Shown here piece after piece: positions 55,531 to 64,000 of a stretch of DNA of 64,000 nt. The DNA is taken from positions 480,001 to 544,000 of the forward strand of contig OY820591.1 of NCBI GenBank assembly GCA_963555985.3, given 5' to 3'. The position numbers and the translations under genes were made by a program. A model generated the notes under the pieces. It ran no database searches and was not told where the DNA came from. It saw only the letters and a program-made list of their open reading frames with translations. Position 1 is the stretch's first letter. Every line of letters starts with the position of its first letter. Origin of the DNA: Dehalococcoidia bacterium. Lineage in GTDB: Bacteria > Chloroflexota > Dehalococcoidia > Bin125.

Positions 55531-56942
55531 GCCGGCAAGCCGGCCGTTGGGGCGGCGCGTTCGAGTCGTTTGGGCACCGCAACTACCGCTATCTCTGGGG
55601 CGGGTCGCTGCTGTCGACGACCGCCTTCATGACGACGTTTCTGCTCGTGCCGATCGTTGGGTACGAGATCACGGGTTCGTATGCGCTCTCGACGCTCGCG
55701 CAGATGGGCAGCGGGCTGTCGATGTTTTTTCTGGGGCCCTTGGGCGGGGTGATTGCGGATCGTTATCCGAAGAAACCGTTGGTGTTGGCGGGGCAGATTT
55801 TTCCGGCGCTGCTGATCGTGGCGACGGGCATCCTGATCGTGACCGGCCTGATCACGATTCCGCTGTTGTTTGCGGCCACGCTGACGATGGGCTTCGGGTT
55901 TGCGCTGATGGGTCCGGCGCGGCAGGCGTGGTTGGGCGAATTGATTCCGCGCCAGTTGCTGGCGAACGGTGTTGCGTTGCAGCAGATGTCGCAGAACATC
56001 GCGCGGGTGCTCGGGCCGATGCTGGGCGCGATCATCGTGTTCGCCGGGGTGGCTTCCGGCTGGCTCTACCTGTCGGTCGCGGGGCTGTTCCTGATCGTGG
56101 TTCCGCTGACGACGATGCTGCCCTGGACGAAGCCGCCGCGCGCGGAGGGCGATCAGCCGCGCCGATCGGCGTTTGGCGATCTGATCCACGGGTTTGGCTA
56201 TCTGCGCACGAACCGCAGGCTGCGTCTGCTCTGGCTCTACTGGATGGTGATCGTCGTCTGCGGATTTTCGATCAACGCGCTCACGCCCGGGATCATGGAT
56301 CGGGAGTTCGGGCGCGATCCACTGCAAGCCTTCATCGTCTTCCTGCCCTTTGGGATCGCCTCTGTCCTGATCAGCATTCCGCTGGCGGGGTTGATGAATG
56401 GTCGGTTTGCCTGGCCACTGTTGCTGATCTTCGGCGTCGCCTCGGCTGTGACTTTGTGGGCGTTTGCGCTTGCACCGTCGTTCACGCTGCTGATCTTGCT
56501 GGCGATTCCGGTGGGGGCGGCGACTTCCGGGGTGATGTTGATCAACATGTCGCTGATGATGACGAACTCACGCGCCGAGTATTTCGGGCGGGTGATGTCG
56601 TTCATCATGCTGGGCTACGGGATGCAGTCGGTGATGGCGCCGGTCTGGGGCGGTCTGGCGGAGTGGCTGGGCGGGCCGGAGGCGCTGATGTCGGTCGGTG
56701 TGGTGGCGTTGATTGCGACGGCGCTGATGACGGTGGGTTGGCTGAGGACGCGGCATTTGCCGTTGGAGGTTGGGACTGCGGCGGCTGAGGTCGAGCCGGA
56801 ACGGGCGCGGGTGTCGAGTCCGCGTCTGCGCCGACAGCCGGTACCCGCTTTTGCCGCGCAGGTGGCTCCGGTCGTGCTGATGGAAGGTCAGAAAGCAGGC
56901 GAAGCGACGGGCATGGGCGGGATTGTCGCAGGGGGTGACTGA
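55527..56942 (+). CDS. MFS transporter, array copy 2
   Basis: Same motifs; ATGA overlap. Confidence 0.92.
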   Translation: MSRQAGRWGGAFESFGHRNYRYLWGGSLLSTTAFMTTFLLVPIVGYEITGSYALSTLAQMGSGLSMFFLGPLGGVIADRYPKKPLVLAGQIFPALLIVATGILIVTGLITIPLLFAATLTMGFGFALMGPARQAWLGELIPRQLLANGVALQQMSQNIARVLGPMLGAIIVFAGVASGWLYLSVAGLFLIVVPLTTMLPWTKPPRAEGDQPRRSAFGDLIHGFGYLRTNRRLRLLWLYWMVIVVCGFSINALTPGIMDREFGRDPLQAFIVFLPFGIASVLISIPLAGLMNGRFAWPLLLIFGVASAVTLWAFALAPSFTLLILLAIPVGAATSGVMLINMSLMMTNSRAEYFGRVMSFIMLGYGMQSVMAPVWGGLAEWLGGPEALMSVGVVALIATALMTVGWLRTRHLPLEVGTAAAEVEPERARVSSPRLRRQPVPAFAAQVAPVVLMEGQKAGEATGMGGIVAGGD

Positions 56943-58369
56943 TGGGTGGGCTGCGCACGGCCTTCGCCGCGCTGGGCATGCGCAACTTCCGGCTGCTCTT
57001 CGGCGGCTCGCTGTTGAGCACGACCGCGTTCATGACGACGTTCCTGCTCGTGCCGGTGGTGGCGTATGAGATCAGCGGGTCATACGCGGCGACGGGGATC
57101 GCGCAGATGGGCAGCGGGTTGTCGATGTTCTTCCTGGGGCCGATCGGCGGGGTGATCGCCGATCGCTACGCGAAGAAGCCGTTCGTGATCTGGGGCCAGG
57201 TCTTGCCGGCGCTGCTGATTCTGGCGACCGGGGTGCTGTTGGCGACGGGGCTGCTGACGATTCCGCTGCTGTTCGGGACGACGCTGCTGATGGGGATCGG
57301 GTTCGCGCTGATGGGTCCCGCGCAGCAGGCCTGGGTGGGTGAGCTGATTCCCAGGCGATTGTTGGCCAACGGGGTCGCGCTGCAACAGATGGCGCTCAAC
57401 ATCGGACAGGTGTTGGGGCCTTCGCTGGGCGCGGTGATGCTGCTCGTGTTGGGACTCAGTTCGGGCGATCTCTATTTCCTGGTCGCGTCGTTTTTCCTGA
57501 TTGTGCTGCCGCTGACGCAAATGCTGCCGCGCACGTCTCCGCCGGCCGGCAGCGGACCACGGCGCTCGATCGTGGGCGAGCTGCGGGCCGGCTTCAGCTA
57601 CCTGCGGAGTAACTCGCGGCTGCGCAGTCTTTGGCTCTACTGGATGGTGATTGTCGTCTGCGGCTTTGCGGTGCAGACGTTGCTGCCGGGGATTCTCGAC
57701 CGCGAGTTCGGGCTGCCGCCCAATGCGGCTTTCGTGGTCTACCTGATCTTCGGGGTCGCGGCGCTGGCGATCAATGTGCCCCTGGCCGGGTTGGTCTCTG
57801 GGCGCTACGCCTGGCCGGTCTTGCTGGCGACCGGATTTCTGATGGCGTTGGGGTATGCGCTCTTGGCGGTAGCGCCGACGCTGGCGATCGTGCTGATCAT
57901 GGGCGCGATTCTGGGCGCGGGGCGGTCGGGGGTGATGCTGGTCAATCAGTCGCTGGTGATGACCAACTCACGGCCTGAGTATTTCGGGCGGGTGATGTCG
58001 TTCATCATGCTGGGCTTCGGGGCGCAATCGTTCCTCGCGCCGGTCTGGGGCGGGTTGGCGGATGTGATCGGCGGGCGGAGCGCGCTCTTGGTGGTGGGTC
58101 TGATCGCTGCGATCGCCACCGCGCTGCTGCTTGTGGTCTGGCTGCGGCTGCGACACACGCCGCTCGAACCCGGCAGCGCGGCCGCTGCGCTTCAGCATCC
58201 TGGTACGACATCCGAGCGACCTGCGGCGCCGGAACTTGCCTCCCCTCCGCTGCGCCGCCAGGCCGCGCCCGCTTTTGCCGCGCAGGTTGCGCCGGTCGCG
58301 CTGATGGAAGGCCAGAAACCGAGCGAGGCCACAGACGGCCTGAGGCGGGTCGCGGCGGGCGGTGGCTGA
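56942..58369 (+). CDS. MFS transporter, array copy 3
   Basis: Same motifs; TGATG overlap. Confidence 0.92.
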   Translation: MGGLRTAFAALGMRNFRLLFGGSLLSTTAFMTTFLLVPVVAYEISGSYAATGIAQMGSGLSMFFLGPIGGVIADRYAKKPFVIWGQVLPALLILATGVLLATGLLTIPLLFGTTLLMGIGFALMGPAQQAWVGELIPRRLLANGVALQQMALNIGQVLGPSLGAVMLLVLGLSSGDLYFLVASFFLIVLPLTQMLPRTSPPAGSGPRRSIVGELRAGFSYLRSNSRLRSLWLYWMVIVVCGFAVQTLLPGILDREFGLPPNAAFVVYLIFGVAALAINVPLAGLVSGRYAWPVLLATGFLMALGYALLAVAPTLAIVLIMGAILGAGRSGVMLVNQSLVMTNSRPEYFGRVMSFIMLGFGAQSFLAPVWGGLADVIGGRSALLVVGLIAAIATALLLVVWLRLRHTPLEPGSAAAALQHPGTTSERPAAPELASPPLRRQAAPAFAAQVAPVALMEGQKPSEATDGLRRVAAGGG

Positions 58370-59760
58370 TGCGTGAGACGTTCGCGGCGTTTGGGGTGCG
58401 GAACTATCGCCCGCTCTGGTTCGGGTCGCTGCTGAGCACGACCGCGTTCATGACCACGTTCCTGCTCGTGCCGGTAGTGGCTTACGAGATCACGGGTTCG
58501 TATACAGCTTCCGGGATCGCCACGATGGGTTCCGGAATCTCGATGTTCTTCGTGGGACCGCTCGGCGGCGTGATTGCGGATCGCTATGCGAAGAAGCCGC
58601 TGGTGCTGGCGGGGCAGATCTTTCCGACGCTCTTGATCGTGATCACCGGCGTGCTGGTGGTGACTGGTCTGATCACGGTGTGGATGTTGTTTCTCTCGAC
58701 ATTGCTGATGGGCTTCGGCTTTGCCGTGATGGGACCTGCGCGTCAGGCCTGGCTGGGCGAGTTGGTACCGAAGCGGCTGTTGGCGAACGGGGTCGCTTTG
58801 CAGCAGATGTCGCAGAACATGGCGCGCGTGTTTGGGCCGTTGCTGGTCTCGATTCTGATCGCGGCGTTCTCCTTTAGCACCGGCTACCTCTACCTGATCG
58901 TGGCCAGTTTTTTCCTGATCGTGATTCCGCTGACGACGATGCTGCCCTGGACCAAACCGGCGCGGCGCGAGGGCGAGCCGCCGCGCGTGTTGGCGGAGAT
59001 GCGCTCCGGTGTGGTCTATGTGCTGCGGAGTCCGAGGCTGCGCATTCTCTGGCTCTTCTGGATGGTGATCGTCGTCTGCGGATTCGCTTTCAACACGCTG
59101 ATGCCCGGGTTTGTCGAGCGCGAGTTCGGGCGTCCCTCCGCCGACGCTTTCACGGTCTATCTCGTCTTTGGGGTCGCCTCCTTCCTGTTCAACATTCCGC
59201 TGGCGGGGATGGTCGGCGGGCGTTGGGGTTGGCCGCTGTTGCTGATCATGGGGTTTGGTACGGCGGTCTCATTCTTCTTGCTCGCGGGCGCGCCCGGGTT
59301 CGGGGGGATGCTGCTGATGAGCATCCTCAGCGGGGCGATGAGTTCGGGCGTGCTGCTGGTGACGATGTCGCTGATGATGGCGAACTCGCGGCCTGAGTAT
59401 TTCGGGCGGGTGATGTCGTTCATCACGCTTGGCTACGGCGCGCAGATGTTTATGGCCGGGGTTTGGGGCGGGGTCGCCGACGCGATCGGCGGACGGCAGA
59501 CGTTCGTGGTGATTGGCTTGATTGCGCTTGCGGTCACCGCGCTCATGATCGTCGGTTGGCTGCGCACTAGACGGCTGCCGATGGAGGCCGGCACCGCGGC
59601 CGCCGCGACCGAGACACCCGCCGAGCGGCGCGGGGGCATTCCGGCGCAGCGTCCTGAGCCGGTGTTCACAGCGCGGATCGCGCCGGTCGCGCTGATGGAG
59701 GCGCAGAAGCGAGAATTGGCTGGAAGCGCGTTCAGCCCCTCCACGACGGGAGGCGACTGA
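58369..59760 (+). CDS. MFS transporter, array copy 4
   Basis: Same motifs; TGATG overlap. Confidence 0.92.
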   Translation: MRETFAAFGVRNYRPLWFGSLLSTTAFMTTFLLVPVVAYEITGSYTASGIATMGSGISMFFVGPLGGVIADRYAKKPLVLAGQIFPTLLIVITGVLVVTGLITVWMLFLSTLLMGFGFAVMGPARQAWLGELVPKRLLANGVALQQMSQNMARVFGPLLVSILIAAFSFSTGYLYLIVASFFLIVIPLTTMLPWTKPARREGEPPRVLAEMRSGVVYVLRSPRLRILWLFWMVIVVCGFAFNTLMPGFVEREFGRPSADAFTVYLVFGVASFLFNIPLAGMVGGRWGWPLLLIMGFGTAVSFFLLAGAPGFGGMLLMSILSGAMSSGVLLVTMSLMMANSRPEYFGRVMSFITLGYGAQMFMAGVWGGVADAIGGRQTFVVIGLIALAVTALMIVGWLRTRRLPMEAGTAAAATETPAERRGGIPAQRPEPVFTARIAPVALMEAQKRELAGSAFSPSTTGGD

Positions 59761-61163
59761 TGGAACGCCTGCGAGTGACCTTCGCCGCGCTCGCCGTGCG
59801 TAATTTCCGCCTCCAGTGGACGTCCTCGATGCTGTCCACGGCGGCCTTCATGACGACCTTCGTGCTGGTTCCGGTGGTCGCCTACGACTTGACCGGTTCC
59901 TTCGCCGCGTCGGGACTCGCCGCGATGGGCAACGGCATTGCGATGCTGCTGCTCTCGCCCTTCGGCGGCGTGCTCGCCGACCGCTTCTCGAAGAAGCCGC
60001 TGGTGATCGCCGGGCAGTTGGCCAGCTTCGTGATCATCGCGGCGACGGGATTCCTGATCGTCACCGAGTTGATCACGGTGGCGCTGCTGTTCGTCTCCAC
60101 CTTGTTGAGCGGGGCCGCGTTCGCGCTGACGGGACCGGCGCGGCAATCGTGGGTGGCGGAACTGGTTCCGACCCGACTGCTGCCGAACGCGGTCGCGTTG
60201 CAGCAGATGGGGATCAACATCGCGCAAGTGCTGGGACCGACTGCCGCTTCGGTGGTGGTGTTGACTTCCGACCTCAACGTGGGCTGGCTCTATCTCGCGG
60301 CCGCCGCAGTCTTTGTGATCGTGCTGCCGCTCAGCCTGATTTTGCCGCGCACGCCGCCCGCATCGACGCCTGGGCGTTCGCCTGCGCGTGAGTTGCGCGA
60401 CGGCTTCGGCTATCTGCGGCGCAGTCCGCGCCTGCGCATTCTCTGGCTGTTCTGGCTGCTGATCGTGACTTGCGGGTTCTCGATTCAGACGCTGATGCCC
60501 GGGATTCTTGATCAGGAGTTTGGCCGTTCCAGCGATGAAGCAGTGGTGATCAACTCGATCTTCGGAATCGCCGCATTGGCGGTGAATCTGCCCTTGGCCG
60601 GGATCGTCTCAGGGCGGCTCGCCTGGCCGCTGCTGCTGGGTACGGCGGTGCTGATGGGGGTAGGACTGTGGATGGTGGCCTGGGCGCCGACCTACGGACT
60701 GATCTTGATCCTCTCGGCGGTGGCGGGCGCGGGACGTTCCGGGGTGATGCTGGTGAATCAGTCGATCATGATGTCGAATACCCGTCCCGAGTACTTCGGG
60801 CGGGTGATGTCGTTCGTGCTGATGGCGTTCGGGCTCTCGGCGGTGGTCGGCCCGCTCTGGGGCGTGGGCGCGGACGCGATGGGCGGTCGGGAGACGCTGT
60901 TCCTGGTCGGCGCGATTGTGCTCGGTGGGACGGTGTTGATGACGCTGGGCTGGGTGCGCGTGCGCCGTCATCCGCTGGAAGCGGGCACGGCCGCCGCAGC
61001 CGGGTTCACGGGCGAACAGGTACGGCCTCCGCGCGAACCGGCGAGCGCGGAACCAAGCGCGGCTCCGTCGCCTGCATTTAGCCCCGTCTTCGCGGCGCGG
61101 CTTGCGCCGGTTGTGCTGATGGAGGGACAGAAGCCCCGCGCCACTATCCCGAGCGGCGATTAG
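59760..61163 (+). CDS. MFS transporter, array copy 5
   Basis: Same motifs; TGATG overlap. Confidence 0.92.
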   Translation: MERLRVTFAALAVRNFRLQWTSSMLSTAAFMTTFVLVPVVAYDLTGSFAASGLAAMGNGIAMLLLSPFGGVLADRFSKKPLVIAGQLASFVIIAATGFLIVTELITVALLFVSTLLSGAAFALTGPARQSWVAELVPTRLLPNAVALQQMGINIAQVLGPTAASVVVLTSDLNVGWLYLAAAAVFVIVLPLSLILPRTPPASTPGRSPARELRDGFGYLRRSPRLRILWLFWLLIVTCGFSIQTLMPGILDQEFGRSSDEAVVINSIFGIAALAVNLPLAGIVSGRLAWPLLLGTAVLMGVGLWMVAWAPTYGLILILSAVAGAGRSGVMLVNQSIMMSNTRPEYFGRVMSFVLMAFGLSAVVGPLWGVGADAMGGRETLFLVGAIVLGGTVLMTLGWVRVRRHPLEAGTAAAAGFTGEQVRPPREPASAEPSAAPSPAFSPVFAARLAPVVLMEGQKPRATIPSGD

Positions 61164-61173
61164 CCTGAGGCTA

Positions 61174-62583
61174 ATGAATCGTCTCCGCGTCACGTTTGCC
61201 GCGCTTGCCGTCCGCGATTACCGCCTGCTCTGGACCGGATCGCTGATGGCCACGACGGCCTTCATGACCACGTTCTACCTGGTGCCGATCGTGGCCTATG
61301 AGATCACCGGCTCCTACGCCGCCTCGGGCTTCGCCCAGGCGGGGATGGTCGCACAGCTGGTGCTGGGACCGTTCGGCGGTGTGATCGCCGACCGCTACAA
61401 GAAGAAGCCGCTCGTCTTAGGAAGTCAGGTTATCCCCTGCGCGATCATCGTCGTCACCGGCATCCTGATCGTCACTGACAACATCACGATTCCGCTGCTG
61501 TTCGGCTCCACTTTCCTGACGGGCGCGACGTTCTCATTGATGGGGCCGGCGCGGCAGTCGTGGGTGGTCGAGCTGGTTCCGCATCGGCTGCTCCCGAACG
61601 CGGTCGCGTTGCAGAACATGTCGATCAACATCGCCGCCGTGATCGGACCGGCGCTGTCGGCGATTCTCGTCGTCTCGATGGGTCTCAACTCGGGCATCCT
61701 CTACATGCTCGTGGCCATCCCGTTCGTGATTGTGATCCCGCTGACGATCATGATCAGCGGCAGCGGCCGGGCGACGCCGCCCGAGCAGCGCAAAGCGATG
61801 ACGACCGAGATGGCAGCCGGTCTGCGCTACCTGACCAGCCGCCCGCAGCTGCGCAGCCTGTGGATGTTCTGGACATTGATCGTGGTCACGGGCTTTGCCT
61901 TGCAGACGCTGGTGCCGGGGCTGCTCGACCAGGAGTTTGGCCGCCCCGAGAGCGAAGCGTTGATCGTGGGCACGATCTGGGGCGTGACGGCGTTGCCGAT
62001 CAACCTGATGCTGGCGGGGATGGTCGGCGGGCGTTGGCCCTGGCCGTTGCTGTTCCTCTCGGCCCTGGCTCTAGCCGGCGGGATCTGGCTGACGGCCTGG
62101 GCGCCGGTCTACGCGGCGCTGCTGATCGTCTCCGCGGTCGCCGGCGGCGCGCGGTCGGCGGTGATGCTGCTGAACCAGACGATCATGATGACTAACACCC
62201 GGCCGGAGTACTTCGGACGGGTGATGAGTTGGGTGTTTATGGCGTTCGGCTTGCAGGGCATCCTGGCTCCGGTCTGGGGCATCGTCGCGGACGCGGTTGG
62301 CGGTCGGGAGACGCTGTACATCGTCGGTCTGATCGTGGTCGCGGGGACGGCGCTGATGATGCTGTCGCGGGCGCGGACGCGGCGGATTCCACCGGAGCCG
62401 GGGACAGCGGCGGCGTCGATTGCGGGTGAAGAAGCGGCGGAGCCGGAGGCGTCCCCTGCGGAACCCCAGGCTGCGCCGAGCCCGGCCTACAGTCCGCTGT
62501 TTGCGGCGCGGTTGGCTCCGGTGGTGTTGATGGAGGGTCAGAAGCCGCGCGCCACAGGGACGGCGATGGCGAGCAGCGAGTAG
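61174..62583 (+). CDS. MFS transporter, array copy 6
   Basis: Same motifs; 10-nt gap from copy 5. Confidence 0.92.
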   Translation: MNRLRVTFAALAVRDYRLLWTGSLMATTAFMTTFYLVPIVAYEITGSYAASGFAQAGMVAQLVLGPFGGVIADRYKKKPLVLGSQVIPCAIIVVTGILIVTDNITIPLLFGSTFLTGATFSLMGPARQSWVVELVPHRLLPNAVALQNMSINIAAVIGPALSAILVVSMGLNSGILYMLVAIPFVIVIPLTIMISGSGRATPPEQRKAMTTEMAAGLRYLTSRPQLRSLWMFWTLIVVTGFALQTLVPGLLDQEFGRPESEALIVGTIWGVTALPINLMLAGMVGGRWPWPLLFLSALALAGGIWLTAWAPVYAALLIVSAVAGGARSAVMLLNQTIMMTNTRPEYFGRVMSWVFMAFGLQGILAPVWGIVADAVGGRETLYIVGLIVVAGTALMMLSRARTRRIPPEPGTAAASIAGEEAAEPEASPAEPQAAPSPAYSPLFAARLAPVVLMEGQKPRATGTAMASSE

Positions 62584-62600
62584 CGGGTAGCGTAGCGCGA

Positions 62601-63944
62601 ATGGAACGCCTCCGCCTCAGCTTCGCATCGCTCTCGGTGCGCGACTACCGCCTGCTCTGGTTCGGCTCGCTGATGGCCATTACGGCCTTCCTGACCACCT
62701 TCTATCTGGTGCCGATCGTCGCCTACGAGATCACGGGCTCCTACGCCGCCTCGGGCTTCGCCCTGGCCGGGATGGTCGGGCAGCTGGTGTTCGGACCGTT
62801 CAGCGGCGTGATCGCCGACCGCTATCGCAAGAAACCGCTGGCGCTCGCCAGTCAGATCGTCCCCGCTGCGATTGTCGTCCTCACCGGCATTCTGATCGCC
62901 ACCGACAACATCACGATCCCGCTGCTGTTTGGCTCCACCTTTCTCATCGCCGTGTCCTTCTCGATGATGGGACCCGCGCGTCAGGCCTGGATCGCCGAGC
63001 TGGTCCCGCGTGAATTGCTGCCCAACGCTGTCGCCTTGCAGACCACCGCGATCAACATCGCCGGCGTGATCGGACCGGCCCTCTCGGCCATCCTCGTGGT
63101 CTCGATGAACCTCGACTCCGGCATCCTCTACATGCTCATGGCGGCGCCCTTCGCGATCGCTGTGCCGCTTACCCTGATGATCGGTGGCAGTGGACAGGCC
63201 ACGCCGCCCGAACAACGCAAGTCGATGACGACCGAGATGGTCGCCGGTCTGAGCTACATCACCAGCCGACCGCAGTTGCGCAGCCTATGGCTGTTCTGGA
63301 TCTTGATCGTGGTCACCGGCTTCGCCCTACAGACGCTGGTGCCGGGACTGATCGACCAGGAATTCGGCCGGGCCGAGAACGAGGCCCTGATCGTCGGCAC
63401 GATCTGGGGCGTGACGGCGCTGCCGATCAACCTCATGCTGGCGGGCGTCGTCGGCACCCGACGCTGGCCCTGGCCATTGCTCTTCCTCTCCGCCTGCCTG
63501 TTGGCCGCCGGGATTTGGCTGACGGCCTGGGCGCCGGTCTATGGAGCGCTGCTGATCATCTCCGCCGTCGCCGGCGGTGCCCGTTCCGCCGTGATGCTGC
63601 TCAACCAGACGATCATGATGTCCAACACGCGCCAGGAGTACTTCGGTCGCGTGATGAGCTGGATCTTCATGGCGATCGGCCTGCAAGGGGTGCTGGCCCC
63701 GGTCTGGGGCGCCGTCGCCGACGCCCTCGGCGGGCGCGAAACGTTGTACCTCGTCGGCCTGCTCGTCGTCGCCGGGACCGCTCTGATGGCGATCGCCAGA
63801 GCCAGAACCCGACATATCCCGCCAGAGCCGGGCACGGCCGCCGCTGCCATTGCCGCCGAAGGATCATCCGAAGCCGAGCCCCCGGACAGCGACCAAGAAC
63901 CGCCTCCAGCCCGACCGCCCGAGTCGCCCCGGTCGCGTCGATGA
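62601..63944 (+). CDS. MFS transporter, array copy 7 (tail frameshifted); closest to copy 6
   Basis: Same motifs; the tail motif appears in another frame ending at 63961. Confidence 0.9.
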   Translation: MERLRLSFASLSVRDYRLLWFGSLMAITAFLTTFYLVPIVAYEITGSYAASGFALAGMVGQLVFGPFSGVIADRYRKKPLALASQIVPAAIVVLTGILIATDNITIPLLFGSTFLIAVSFSMMGPARQAWIAELVPRELLPNAVALQTTAINIAGVIGPALSAILVVSMNLDSGILYMLMAAPFAIAVPLTLMIGGSGQATPPEQRKSMTTEMVAGLSYITSRPQLRSLWLFWILIVVTGFALQTLVPGLIDQEFGRAENEALIVGTIWGVTALPINLMLAGVVGTRRWPWPLLFLSACLLAAGIWLTAWAPVYGALLIISAVAGGARSAVMLLNQTIMMSNTRQEYFGRVMSWIFMAIGLQGVLAPVWGAVADALGGRETLYLVGLLVVAGTALMAIARARTRHIPPEPGTAAAAIAAEGSSEAEPPDSDQEPPPARPPESPRSRR

Positions 63945-64000
63945 AGGACCAGAAGCGCTGAGCGATCGGGTGGTTAGTCGGCGTTGCGCACTTTGGCGTG

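Noticed and set aside
1-64000. tRNA, rRNA, transposase or integrase genes
   Set aside because: None recognised by eye; a covariance-model or HMM search would be needed to exclude small RNAs.

Overview
High-GC bacterial chromosome segment. Its gene content suggests Chloroflexota (Dehalococcoidia/SAR202-like, possibly host-associated); this is inference, not shown by the sequence. From left to right it carries catabolic enzymes (amidase, two class III CoA-transferases, enolase-superfamily dehydratase), MgtE, and Dpp/Opp-type permease pairs with four Tat-lipoprotein binding proteins but no ATPase. Next come a sulfatase locus (two arylsulfatases plus FGE), a toxin-antitoxin/defence island (33.7-39.2 kb), a flavin-dependent halogenase, a tungsten-type AOR and seven tandem MFS paralogues. 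The standout is 43.8-49.9 kb: two ~3 kb integrase-less units, each with one large secreted Fn3/Ig-like protein. They are bounded by three copies of a 55-bp repeat equal to the 3' end of the adjacent gene. Each gene has a C12/C13 tract just after its ATG that currently shifts it out of frame, so this is a candidate phase-variable surface-protein cassette array. Other notable signals are 23-24 nt palindromic elements nested inside larger REP-like repeats (one in frame inside the FGE gene) and 10-bp-phased intergenic repeats.
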